Source: an uncultured bacterium (GTDB taxonomy: Bacteria; Hydrogenedentota; CAZGCA01). Taken from it: a stretch of 64,000 nt of DNA. Under the pieces are notes generated by a model. That model was not told the DNA's origin. It saw only the letters and a list, made by a program, of their open reading frames with translations, and made no database searches. A program made the translations under genes and the position numbers. The DNA lies in the NCBI GenBank assembly GCA_964524145.1, contig CAZGCA010000019.1, forward strand, positions 4,133-68,132, in the 5' to 3' direction. Positions 8,817 to 18,694 of the stretch are shown here, one piece after another; position 1 is the stretch's first letter; each line of letters opens with the position of its first letter.

Positions 8817-9704
8817 TCAGTTGCCTTCTTGTTTCGCCTCCGCTTCCAATCGTATCACCTCTTTCAACAGGTCCGGCCGGTCGGTCATGATCCCGTCTAC
8901 GCCCATCCGGACCAACCGCCGCATAGTCTCTTCGTTGTTGATCGTGAAGACGTGGACTTCGAGCCCGAGCCGATGCGCCAGCGCAACGGTTTCCGGGGTG
9001 ACAACCTCGATATCTCTCGCTTTCATCGGCACCTGTATCGCGACGGCCGGCGCCTGGTACGTCTTCTCGTCTTCCGGCGTGAGGAAGACCAGCCGGGACG
9101 CTTCGCTCGGCGTGAATCCTGTGTATGTTTCGGGAGAAAGTTCCCGAAACCGTTTCAGGGCCGATTCGTGCGAGGAGACCACGACGGTCAGTTTCTCGCG
9201 CGAGTATTTGCGTATCAGGTCTGCCAACGGTTTCACGATGAGCGGGTCGGCGTCTTTGATCTCTATGTTGATGGGAGTGTTCGGGAATTCCCGAAACACC
9301 TCATCGACCGTCGGTATAGTGATCGCCTTGCCTCTGTCCGGGAATGTCTTGCCGCGGTCCGGGCTGAACCGGTACGCAGCGTCGAGCTGCTTCAACTCCG
9401 CCAACGTCATCTCTTTCACGTTGCCCGATCCGTTGGTTGTGCGGTCAACTGTTCGGTCGTGCAGCACGACCACATGACCGTCCTTGGTCAGGTACACGTC
9501 TGTCTCAAGGATATCCGTCCCGATTTCAAGCGAACGACGAAACCCGTGGACCGTGTTCTCCGGGACTACGAACCGCCCGCCGCGATGCGCGAAATTGCGC
9601 GGCTTTGGCCCACTGAAGAACGTGGTACTCTCAGCAGAGCAACATAGACAAAACCCGGCCCCCGTGATGGCCGCGCACAGAAAGAAACAACAGCGACACA
9701 GCAT
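8817..9704 (-). CDS. Secreted glycerophosphodiester phosphodiesterase (GDPD family)
   Basis: Motifs 'FAHRGG', 'PENT', 'LETDVYLTKDGHVVVLHD' and 'GVDGIMTDRPD'. Cys-rich signal peptide. Start taken at the internal Met ('MLCRCC...'). Confidence 0.75.
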   Translation of the reverse strand: MLCRCCFFLCAAITGAGFCLCCSAESTTFFSGPKPRNFAHRGGRFVVPENTVHGFRRSLEIGTDILETDVYLTKDGHVVVLHDRTVDRTTNGSGNVKEMTLAELKQLDAAYRFSPDRGKTFPDRGKAITIPTVDEVFREFPNTPINIEIKDADPLIVKPLADLIRKYSREKLTVVVSSHESALKRFRELSPETYTGFTPSEASRLVFLTPEDEKTYQAPAVAIQVPMKARDIEVVTPETVALAHRLGLEVHVFTINNEETMRRLVRMGVDGIMTDRPDLLKEVIRLEAEAKQEGN

Positions 9705-9748
9705 AACTCTCTCCTCATAGACTCTCGCGGACTCTTGCGGAACCCGGG

Positions 9749-12316
9749 TTATTCGACCTTCCTGAGCCACACTTCAGACACCACCGCGGCCGGCGCGCCG
9801 GTACCGGGCACGATCGAGAGTTCGAGCGCACCATCCTTGGTAAGCCGCTTGGGTATGTCGTACTCGAACTGCCGGGCGGTGTATTCAGGCACTTCAACAT
9901 TCTTGGCAACAGTATCCCCGTCGGCGACCACGGTTTGCACGCGCCGCATTTCGCCAGGAAGCTGAAGCATCTCTCTCGGGATGCGCGGCTGCACAAACGT
10001 CATGCGAACCTTGTACGAAGCGTCCGGATCGAGATCTTCATAGAGGAACGCCACCCCTTTCGGGTCGGCCAGGGCGTAAGCGATCGTGTTCTGCGACGGC
10101 CGGTTGGTCGGGTCCATCATTTGGGAAGCATCGTAGGACTCTCCCCTGATAAGGTGCGGCTGTTGGCCCTTTCGGCCCGCATTATCATAGAACCCGCCCT
10201 CACCGGGATCCTCGTAGCTGGCAATCATGCCGACTATCTCGCGCTTCTCGTCTTCAGACTTCGCGGCGGCTGCCTTGTCAAGCTGCGTCTTGTACCAGTC
10301 GAGGCCAACCAACCCTTTGTCAAGGTTGAAGAACCCGACGTTGCGGACCCCAAATAGCTTCTCGCTTTCCGTACCAAGCCGACCCGCCTCGTCCCTAAGC
10401 GCCTTCATGTCGTGAGTCTCGGCCGGTTCCTCGAACACGGCCAGCGATGTCTTTATTGCACCGTCGAGGTCGCCCGATCCGAGCCCCCGGCCGAGCGCAC
10501 GCAGTATCCGCGTCTCGCGATCAAGCTGTCGGCGCAACTTCAACTGAACGTACTTGTCAAGGGCCGCCTTCTGCATGTGCAAACGCCACCGGTAGTTGTC
10601 CTTCTTCAGGTGTGACGGGATATTCCACCCGGCCTCTTTCACCAGCACATAGTACCAGTCGATACCGTCGTTGGCTTCGAGAGGCGTTTCCAGGCTTTCC
10701 TCGAGCTGGAAGATTGCTTCGGTCATCAGGAATGCCGCGTCCAACCCGAAGTGGTACCGTGTATACTCGTCCGTCACCTCTTCGACGCTTTGGTTGGGAT
10801 TCCACAGCAACCGGTTCCACATGTACTGGTGGAACTCGTCATGATACCCTTCCGAGTAGATGATATCGCCCTCCGAAAACGGCATTATCGCCTGGAATAC
10901 CCGATAGTAGGCCATCGGTCTTGTATGGAACGTGCGCCGTCCGTAGACGGCAACGAGGTTCGGCTCAGGGTTCTCGACCATATACTGCGAGCTTATCCAA
11001 TGGGTGATATCCGAGTAGTGGACGATACGCTGGTATTTCGGTATCTGGTTCAGCGTCTCAGCAAGATACCTGTTGATCGGCCCTGAACCGGGATATTCGA
11101 AGAGATCCTCCCGCAGCTCGCTGCGAAAATAGCTTGACATGGCGTTGCTGCCGGGGCCGTAAGACATCGAGTACAACCACGTTCTCGGTTTCTCGTTGAG
11201 ATAGTCGAAGATAGCCTGGTCACCCGCGTTCGTGACATCCTGGTTCGCAATCTGGACGAGGCTGTCCGGATGGTACTTCAACCAGATGTTGGCGATCTCC
11301 TCGCACAACAGGACAAACGTCTTCCCCCAGGGCGAGCATCGCTCGCACCGGCACCCGCCGGGATCGCCGGCAAAAAAGCGCAGGACGTCATAGTCGCCCC
11401 GGTTCTTGAAGTCTTCCTCCCATTGTTTGAGCAGCGCAGCGCGGGCTTCGGGGATCGAAGGACACACGTAGCCGCGTTCTCTCGGGCTAAGCCACTCTTC
11501 GGGCGCGTCACGCATCTGGTTCGGTCGACAGCCCGTCTCGCACATCATGTCGAACGATTTGACGAAATCGAACTGGCTGCCTCCTGCATAGAAGAAGTTC
11601 GCGCCGGCAAGCGCAAAATCCAGCACGTACTCCTGCCATTGCTCTGCCGTCCAGGCGCGCGCGCCGGTTACCTGCATCATTGTGCCGCCCTGGTTCGCCG
11701 AGAACCCGCGAAACCGGTACGCGGGCGCTGTACTTACATCGATATTGCCAACCACCACAGCGTCCGGCAAGTGCTCCAGGTTACGCAGAATCTCGCCGAC
11801 AGCATAGAGCATCGCCCGTTTGTCCGCGCCCATTGCCAGTATCGACGGCACCCCGTTCACCGTGGCCGTCTTCACCGCAAACCCTTCTGCAAACGGTTTC
11901 TTTCTCCCCGGCAGCTTCGCGCCATACTGTTTGCACAGCGTCTCGATCGAGCCGCCTTTGCCCGCACGGCACAGATAAATGTGCAGGCCGGTCGCGTCTT
12001 GTGACGCCTTGCCTTTCGAGACCTCAACAGAGACCTCCGACCGCTTGAGGATGCGCCGTTCGAGCACACCCGCCACGCGGGTCTCGATATCCTCGGCGTT
12101 TTCGTCGAGCACGATCGCTATGTTCGACGCCACCGTCGCCGTCAATGCGGGTGTTGCACCGAGGGCCAACGCCACAACGAGTAAAGGCGCAATCCTCGAC
12201 CACGACTGGACAGCCCGACGCACACAGCCTTCATGCTCACGTGATTCAAACCGGTTTCCCATCGCCTTCTTCCTCCTACTTGCTTGACTGTCTCCAATCC
12301 ACGCTTCATTCCTCAT
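9749..12316 (-). CDS. Large secreted hypothetical protein (possible glycoside-hydrolase-like enzyme)
   Basis: 855-aa ORF with coding-like composition and a signal peptide 'IAPLLVVALALGATPALTA'. The true start is probably the Met near 12262. No family motif confidently recognised. Confidence 0.55.
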   Translation of the reverse strand: MRNEAWIGDSQASRRKKAMGNRFESREHEGCVRRAVQSWSRIAPLLVVALALGATPALTATVASNIAIVLDENAEDIETRVAGVLERRILKRSEVSVEVSKGKASQDATGLHIYLCRAGKGGSIETLCKQYGAKLPGRKKPFAEGFAVKTATVNGVPSILAMGADKRAMLYAVGEILRNLEHLPDAVVVGNIDVSTAPAYRFRGFSANQGGTMMQVTGARAWTAEQWQEYVLDFALAGANFFYAGGSQFDFVKSFDMMCETGCRPNQMRDAPEEWLSPRERGYVCPSIPEARAALLKQWEEDFKNRGDYDVLRFFAGDPGGCRCERCSPWGKTFVLLCEEIANIWLKYHPDSLVQIANQDVTNAGDQAIFDYLNEKPRTWLYSMSYGPGSNAMSSYFRSELREDLFEYPGSGPINRYLAETLNQIPKYQRIVHYSDITHWISSQYMVENPEPNLVAVYGRRTFHTRPMAYYRVFQAIMPFSEGDIIYSEGYHDEFHQYMWNRLLWNPNQSVEEVTDEYTRYHFGLDAAFLMTEAIFQLEESLETPLEANDGIDWYYVLVKEAGWNIPSHLKKDNYRWRLHMQKAALDKYVQLKLRRQLDRETRILRALGRGLGSGDLDGAIKTSLAVFEEPAETHDMKALRDEAGRLGTESEKLFGVRNVGFFNLDKGLVGLDWYKTQLDKAAAAKSEDEKREIVGMIASYEDPGEGGFYDNAGRKGQQPHLIRGESYDASQMMDPTNRPSQNTIAYALADPKGVAFLYEDLDPDASYKVRMTFVQPRIPREMLQLPGEMRRVQTVVADGDTVAKNVEVPEYTARQFEYDIPKRLTKDGALELSIVPGTGAPAAVVSEVWLRKVE

Positions 12317-12441
12317 TGTCTTTTACCCGTTCAAAGTCTCAGACTTTCTTCTTCCCCACCGTTTGTGAGCCGACGCGAAGATCGCTGAGTTATTGCGTCC
12401 CGCCCTATACCCATATGTTGTCAGAAAGGTTGACTCTGCTC

Positions 12442-13574
12442 CTACGTGATCTCGGCTATCGCCGACTCGGGGGTATACACCCAACCCCGCTCTGTGTGGA
12501 GCCCCACCTTGCCGCCGGCCCGTATGATCGACGTGCCGCGCATCACACCCCCTCGCTTTAGCCGCACAACGAACATCTCCTTCTCGTCACCAACGGGCGG
12601 CAGCCATTTCTCGTCGCGCTTGGGAGCGGACGCGAGCAACATGACGCGTTCGCGCCCGGCGTCGAAATCACGCTGGTACCGCATCACACGCTCAACGTAC
12701 TTGCGGGTCTCCTTGAACGGGGGCACCCCGCGATACTTCTTAACGTTCTCCGGACCGGCATTGTACGCAGCCAACGCGAGCCGCATGTCGCCCGGGAACA
12801 GCTCTCGCATCTTTGCCAGATACTGGGTGCCGCCGGCAATATTCTCGTCGGGATCAAATATGTTCCGGACTCCCATCTCTGAGGCAGTACCCGGCATGAG
12901 TTGCATGTAGCCTCGCGCACCGCAGCTCGATACGGCGTACTGGTTGAAATTGGACTCGGCCTTGATGACTGCCGTTACCAGCGATGGCGGCAACCCGTTG
13001 GCTTGCGCATGGAATGTGATGAGCTCGTCAAGTTCTTCCGGCGTAGTCGGAACTATTGAATCCCTTGAACGAGGTCCCGGCGATCGTCGCGCTACGCCCT
13101 GCCTCGCCAGAAGCCGTTGCCTGCTTTGCCAGTACGTCTTTATGGGATCGAATCGCAGGTCATGCGGCACAAGGCCGGCTTCGAGATACTCCTCGGGCCT
13201 GTTTGTATATATCCATTTGCCGGTCTTGTCCTTGAATACGACAATCTTCGACGAAGGAAGGCTGATCGATTTCCCGCTACTCTGGGGGGGCTTGGCGATC
13301 TCTTCCGGGATGCCGCCACCAAACCCGGTGTCTTGTTTCTTATCCCGGACATGTCTCTTGATATTGTGTTTCTTGATATATGCCGTCGGGCCGGTGGGAT
13401 TCTTTATGAGTATCGAATCCCCGGTTTCGCGGAGCACCTGGACATCACGCAGAATCACTCCGTCTTTCATGTGCAGCGTGTCCGCGACACTTGTGCGGCT
13501 CACACAGAACGCGATTGCCGACGCCATACACAACGCCAACACCGCCACGTTGAATCGCTTTATGTCAGCCAAAC
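12442..13574 (-). CDS. Lytic transglycosylase (SLT domain) with N-terminal signal peptide
   Basis: SLT motifs 'AVIKAESNFNQYAVSSCGARGYMQLMPGTA', 'AGGTQYL' and 'AAYNAGP'. The track ORF extends to 13851; the probable start is the TTG at 13574, which gives the signal peptide 'ADIKRFNVAVLALCMASAIAFCVS'. Confidence 0.7.
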
Positions 13575-13742
13575 CCACCAATCCCCGATCGATCCGAGAA
13601 ATCGAGATGTTATAATACAAGTCCTTCCGGCGTTTGTCAACGCTTCGGCAACCGAACGATTGTCTTCGTTCCTTGATTTGACCGCACCGGATATGATAGG
13701 CTTGATACTGGAACCAGAAACTGTTTGAGTAGAAACCGGCGT

Positions 13743-14750
13743 ATGGCGCACCATCGAACGCATATCCCCACTCTTGAAGAGATTTACAGGCCGATAGCCA
13801 GCGATCTGTTAGCCATCGATACGGAAATCGCTGCCCGTGCGAGCGTCGCATTCTCGCTGCTGGATGATCCCTCCTACAGCGACAATACTACGGCAGGCAA
13901 GCATATCCGGCCGGCGCTTGTGCTGTTGTGCGCCGATATGTGCGGGGTTCCGGACAGAACTCGTTTGATCAGGATGGCGGCAAGCTGTGAACTGGTGCAC
14001 GTGGCTGCGCTCATCCACGACGATGTCATCGACGAGGCCGCGACGAGAAGAGGGTTCGAGTCTGTCAACGCTCGCTGGGACAACAGGGCCGCTGTGCTTA
14101 CAGGCGACCGGGTCGTTGCCGAAGCGATTCTTATGCTTCACGAGTACGGTAACGCTGAGATCGTGCGGGCGATTCTTCTGGCGATCTGCAATATGGTCGA
14201 CGGCGAGATGAAGGACGTGACAGCCAAAGGGTTGCATCAGCGCACCGAGGACGAGTATTACGAGATAATCGACAACAAAACCGCCAGTTTGATGAGCACT
14301 GCGTGCTCGTTACCGGCGATATACGTCGGAACCGATACTGCGGTGATCGAGAACCTGGAGCGTTTCGGTGCGGGTTTCGGCATGGCGTTCCAGATTATCG
14401 ACGACCTGCTCGATCTCGACGGTGACGAACGTTCTCTTGGCAAAGCGCCCTTCCGGGACATAGCAAACGGCAAGATTACGCTGCCGCTTATACACCTCTA
14501 CAGCGCGATTCCCGCAGGCTCGGACGATGCTGCCAAACTGATAGCTTTGGTGGAAGGCGATCCGAAAACCGAACCCTCGTCGAACTGGCTTCGTTCGGCG
14601 CTCGAAACCTACGGTTCCCGAGACTACTGCACGGAAAAGGCGGGGGCATACATCGATGAAGCCAAAGCCTGCCTGACAACATTCGAGGATTCGCCGGCAA
14701 AGCAGTCACTGCTCGGGCTGTGCGATTTCGTTCTCAAGCGCGACCTGTGA
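13743..14750 (+). CDS. Polyprenyl (isoprenyl) diphosphate synthase
   Basis: Two Asp-rich motifs 'LIHDDVIDEAATRRG' and 'FQIIDDLLD'. First ATG at 13743. Confidence 0.8.
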   Translation: MAHHRTHIPTLEEIYRPIASDLLAIDTEIAARASVAFSLLDDPSYSDNTTAGKHIRPALVLLCADMCGVPDRTRLIRMAASCELVHVAALIHDDVIDEAATRRGFESVNARWDNRAAVLTGDRVVAEAILMLHEYGNAEIVRAILLAICNMVDGEMKDVTAKGLHQRTEDEYYEIIDNKTASLMSTACSLPAIYVGTDTAVIENLERFGAGFGMAFQIIDDLLDLDGDERSLGKAPFRDIANGKITLPLIHLYSAIPAGSDDAAKLIALVEGDPKTEPSSNWLRSALETYGSRDYCTEKAGAYIDEAKACLTTFEDSPAKQSLLGLCDFVLKRDL

Positions 14751-14757
14751 GCCGTTG

Positions 14758-15732
14758 TCAAGGCGGCTGTTCACCAGGGAACTCTTGTTCGTAAAGGGTG
14801 CCCTTCATCTCATCGATGTAGTGTTGGGCGGCGAACGCCGCCGTCGCGCCCTCCCCGCAGGCCGTTACGATCTGCCTGAGCGATTTCTTGCGAACGTCTC
14901 CGCAGGCGTAGACGCCGGGCACCGACGTCGCCATGTCCTGATCGGTGATTATGTACCCTTTCTCGTCAGTCTCGAGGCAGCCACGGACGAACTCCACGTT
15001 CGGAACGAACCCGACGAAGATGAAGACGCCGTCGCACGAGAGACGTTCTGTCTCTCCACTTTTGAGGTTCCTTACCGCAACGCCGGTGACTGTCTCCTCG
15101 CCGACTATCTCCTCGGCAACCGTATCCCATCTGAACTCGACCTGTGGTTGTAGCGCAACGAGCCGATCCTGGAGCGTCTTGGTTGCGCGAAGCCTGTCCC
15201 GTCTGTGGATGAGCGTGAGCTTCTTCACAAATCGTGTGAGAAAGATGCTCTCCTTGACGGCCGTGTCGCCGCCGCCTACCACAACGACTTCCTTGTCCCG
15301 GTAGAACGCGCCGTCACACGTCGCGCAGCACGATATCCCCTTCCCCCAGAACCGGTCTTCGCCGGGTATGCCGATTTTGCGGTATGAAGCGCCGGTCGCA
15401 ACGATGACAGCGGTCGCCAAAACCGATTGCTCCCCGATCCCGATCAGCTTGTTCTCACCGTCCGGCGCGTCCTCGAGACTGGTCGCACCGGCTGTGACTA
15501 TCTCCGCTCCGAACTCTTCGACCTGTCTTTCCATTCGTCGGGCCAACTCGAACCCGTTGACAGGCTCTGCGATTCCGGGAAAGTTCTCTATGGAGTCCGT
15601 CGCGACGACCTGGCCACCGGGAAACTGTTTCTCAAGTATCCCGACGCTCAGGCCCGCCCGCGCACCGTAGATTCCCGCAGTCAGCCCCGCGGGTCCCCCC
15701 CCGATAATTGCTAATTCATAAAAGTCGCGCAC
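14758..15732 (-). CDS. trxB: Thioredoxin-disulfide reductase
   Basis: 'AIIGGGPAG' FAD motif, redox-active 'CATCDG', second Rossmann motif 'VVVVGGGDTA'. 324 aa. Confidence 0.9.
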   Translation of the reverse strand: MRDFYELAIIGGGPAGLTAGIYGARAGLSVGILEKQFPGGQVVATDSIENFPGIAEPVNGFELARRMERQVEEFGAEIVTAGATSLEDAPDGENKLIGIGEQSVLATAVIVATGASYRKIGIPGEDRFWGKGISCCATCDGAFYRDKEVVVVGGGDTAVKESIFLTRFVKKLTLIHRRDRLRATKTLQDRLVALQPQVEFRWDTVAEEIVGEETVTGVAVRNLKSGETERLSCDGVFIFVGFVPNVEFVRGCLETDEKGYIITDQDMATSVPGVYACGDVRKKSLRQIVTACGEGATAAFAAQHYIDEMKGTLYEQEFPGEQPP

Positions 15733-15835
15733 GAGTCATCTCCTTGGGCTGCCGTGCCCCGAAAAACAAGGGATCATTCAGCCCTTTCATCAAACTCCGC
15801 ATCTCCGGCACAGTACCTCCGCCGATTCCCTCTGT

Positions 15836-16516
15836 TCAGCCTTCTGCGGCAGCATCCGACAACGAGGCCGGTCTTGTTACCAGCAACGGAAAAACAATAT
15901 CGCTGACGCAGCACGGCAGCACTACCGCGATCACCATGAACACCAGTACCATCCCGCCGAGATGTATCCAGTCGTGCAACCCGAACGACACCAGGTACAG
16001 GATCGAGGCCATGCTGCTGGTCAGCACGTGCGCCGAATGCGAGTAGAGAGTGCCTTTCCGACTCGTCGGCGAAAGTATGAAGCCAACAAAGAGTCCAACC
16101 AACAGGAACGGTACTACCAGAGCTGGATTCTCGATCAGACAGATGTGCAATTCCCCCATTTTCGCATCCAACAACACACCGCTCAGATGAGGGAGGAAGA
16201 TGTCGCTGATTCCGCATATGCCAAGCGCACCGACTGTACCGACGACAAGTGCTTTGAACCAGCGTCGTTCGTGGCGCCAGAACATCGCCGTCGTGGCCGC
16301 TGCACTGAAGAGAACGTGAAGCGGGTGAAAGACGTGGAACAGCATTTGTCCGCCCAACTCGAACCGCTCGGCGTTGCCACCCACAACAGTAACAGCGTAT
16401 GTCATGAACCCAACGGTCGCCATCCCCGCCGCCACACTGAAAACCGTGAACGGGATATGTTCAAACAGCTCTTCGCGAAGCTCGTCCAACCGCTTGCCCA
16501 TCAGTCGCTTCTCCAA
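15836..16516 (-). CDS. Hypothetical polytopic membrane protein with conserved His pairs
   Basis: Five or six predicted TM helices. Motifs 'HVFHPLH' and 'HDWIHLGG'. Function not recognised. Confidence 0.45.
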   Translation of the reverse strand: MEKRLMGKRLDELREELFEHIPFTVFSVAAGMATVGFMTYAVTVVGGNAERFELGGQMLFHVFHPLHVLFSAAATTAMFWRHERRWFKALVVGTVGALGICGISDIFLPHLSGVLLDAKMGELHICLIENPALVVPFLLVGLFVGFILSPTSRKGTLYSHSAHVLTSSMASILYLVSFGLHDWIHLGGMVLVFMVIAVVLPCCVSDIVFPLLVTRPASLSDAAAEG

Positions 16517-16776
16517 TCATGATCGCCCCGAAAGCTATACGATGCCCGATCAAACCGTGCATCACCAGAACCGTTCCCATCCCTGCTTCTCACCTTGCCA
16601 AAATCGCTTCCGTCGATCCTCGAGGCCGCCACCTATGAACCCTTGCGGCCATCGTCCGAATCTTCGGCCACTCCGAACACCACTATTATGTATTATGCCT
16701 GATAGCTGAAGCAATCGGAAGGGCCATTCGGTATTGACACCTGCCCGCAGCCGGGATATAATACCTACAAACCGGT

Positions 16777-16852
16777 GGGGACGTAGCTCAGTTGGGAGAG
16801 CGATGCGTTCGCAACGCATAGGTCGGCGGTTCGAATCCGCTCGTCTCCACCA
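16777..16852 (+). tRNA. tRNA-Ala (anticodon CGC)
   Basis: Cloverleaf readable by eye: acceptor GGGGACG/CGTCTCC with the G3:U70 alanine identity pair, D-arm GCTCAGTTGGGAGAGC, anticodon loop TTCGCAA, T-loop GGTTCGAATCC, and an encoded CCA. Confidence 0.85.
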
Positions 16853-16882
16853 AGTTTTCTGCAAGTTTATTTATCTCACCCT

Positions 16883-16916
16883 CTTAGTGAAACCTCTGGC
16901 TTAGTGAAACCTCTGG
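16883..16916. repeat. Perfect tandem duplication of the 17-mer CTTAGTGAAACCTCTGG, 30 nt downstream of tRNA-Ala
   Basis: Copies at 16883-16899 and 16900-16916. AT-rich flank 'agttttctgcaagtttatttatc'. Confidence 0.5.
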
Positions 16917-16970
16917 AAGTCATCTTAGCTCAAGGTATCAGAAAAAGGGCGTACGCACGTGGGTGGCTGG

Positions 16971-18464
16971 CTACTTCCGTAGTACGGCGGGTTTGATGGT
17001 CCACGCTTGCAGCTTGGCGAGACGCATCATCCGGGGGGCCTCGAAACCTTCGGGGAAGATAACCCACTGCCACAGGCCCGGGTTCTCGTCCGTGACGTGC
17101 TTCTGCGCTTCGAAGTTTCCTTTCACAAAACGCACGTTCTCCGGCGGCGTCTTGCCTGCCAAAAGGGCTGCGACGGGGCCCGCAATGGTGGCGGCGAAAT
17201 CCTCGGGACGCAACGGGCTGCCTGCGACCCAGACTGTCGTCGGCATCTGTTGCAGGTCCAGGATACGGTACACCAAGTCGCGCGCGGTTTCCTGGACGGC
17301 TTCCCATCGGAACGTTCCTTTCACGACACACACCTCGGGCGTGCCGGCGGGACCGGACCCGAACGCGAGGTCGACATAGTCCGGGACGTAACCCGGTTCC
17401 GATTCGGCGGCGACGTACGCCAACGCGAAGAGCGCTTCCGCAGCCGAGACAGTGCGTGCCCCTAGGTCGACGTAGGAGATGCGTCTTTGCATCGAGCCGG
17501 CGATCGTGACGAGATCCTTGCGTTCCAGAGGGTACGCGTAGGCGCGGTCGGGGTACAGCGCCGGGATCTCGCGTGCCGTGACCACCCGCACTTCCGGCTG
17601 CTTAACGATGTGGTCGAGCAACGATTCGAGCGCCTTGAATGCCTGTTCCTGTTCCGCAGGCGATTTCAAAGGCGGCTTCTTCCATTCCGAACGCGGTGGG
17701 TTGGCACCTTTGCTGAAGTTTACGGCGTCCCAGAACGCCTGGTGAACGAACTCGCAGGGGTGGTAACACATGCTGATGATGCCGCCGCCTTTCATGGCGG
17801 CGATACCGTAGGCCGCATCGAACTTCGCGATGGCTTTCTTAACGTCCTCATCGGTCCAACCGCTCTGGCGGGCTGCCAAAGGCCCCATGTTAAGCACGTT
17901 GAGGATTCCGCAGTACCAGAACGGACCGTTGTTCAGACCGACATGGCCGCATTCATCCAGATAGAGCGGGATGCCCATCTCGCGCAGCGCAGCGTAGCTC
18001 TGGGGGGTCCAGGACCCGCCGGGCTGGCCGTAACACGACGCGTTGACGCCAAACACGCGCTGGAACGTTGCCAGCCCGACCCCCTCGCGCCGCAAAAACT
18101 CTTCCGCTCCCTCGTGCCAGTCGAGATGGCGGCAATACTCCGCCGGTGTGGGGTGAATGCTGTGGTTGGTCGAGTGGTACCCGATATCGTGACGCGACAA
18201 GGCCAGGATAACGTCGTCCCGGCCGCGCTCTTCCAGCACACGCACCTTCTCGCCCACCATCTTGAACGTGGCCTTGATGTTGCGGTCCGAGAAGATCTTC
18301 GCGATACGTTTGGCGGCATCGTCGGCCTCGGGCAAGATGAAATCTTCGGTATCGAACCAGAACGAGATGTAGATCATGGCAGTCTTCTCCGCAAAGGCCA
18401 CGTTCACACTACCAAACGAACCGAGCGCCGACAAAACAATAAGGCAAACGGAACAAAAGCGCAT
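16971..18464 (-). CDS. Secreted hypothetical protein, possibly a CE4/polysaccharide-deacetylase-like enzyme
   Basis: Signal peptide 'MRFCSVCLIVLSALGSFGSVNVAFA' after the AGGAGG RBS (start 18464). 'FWFDTEDF' and 'YHSTNHSIHP' resemble the Asp and His-His metal motifs of the deacetylase fold. Function is low confidence. Confidence 0.55.
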   Translation of the reverse strand: MRFCSVCLIVLSALGSFGSVNVAFAEKTAMIYISFWFDTEDFILPEADDAAKRIAKIFSDRNIKATFKMVGEKVRVLEERGRDDVILALSRHDIGYHSTNHSIHPTPAEYCRHLDWHEGAEEFLRREGVGLATFQRVFGVNASCYGQPGGSWTPQSYAALREMGIPLYLDECGHVGLNNGPFWYCGILNVLNMGPLAARQSGWTDEDVKKAIAKFDAAYGIAAMKGGGIISMCYHPCEFVHQAFWDAVNFSKGANPPRSEWKKPPLKSPAEQEQAFKALESLLDHIVKQPEVRVVTAREIPALYPDRAYAYPLERKDLVTIAGSMQRRISYVDLGARTVSAAEALFALAYVAAESEPGYVPDYVDLAFGSGPAGTPEVCVVKGTFRWEAVQETARDLVYRILDLQQMPTTVWVAGSPLRPEDFAATIAGPVAALLAGKTPPENVRFVKGNFEAQKHVTDENPGLWQWVIFPEGFEAPRMMRLAKLQAWTIKPAVLRK

Positions 18465-18694
18465 AACGCCTCCTTGAGTCACCTTCCTATAAAGACAACG
18501 AAACGGTGCCGCACCCACGGAACCCAGTATACCCGCACACCCGGTCGATTGCAAGCCGCGTGCGCGCTGTGTTGCATTAGGACCGGGACGCACAGGAACA
18601 AGGCGGCAGTTGCATTTCACGTCTCGTATGGAGATAATGTGGGTCGCTGAGTGTTGCGACGTATTTTTAGTTTTGCAGAGAAGAGGAGAGAAGA

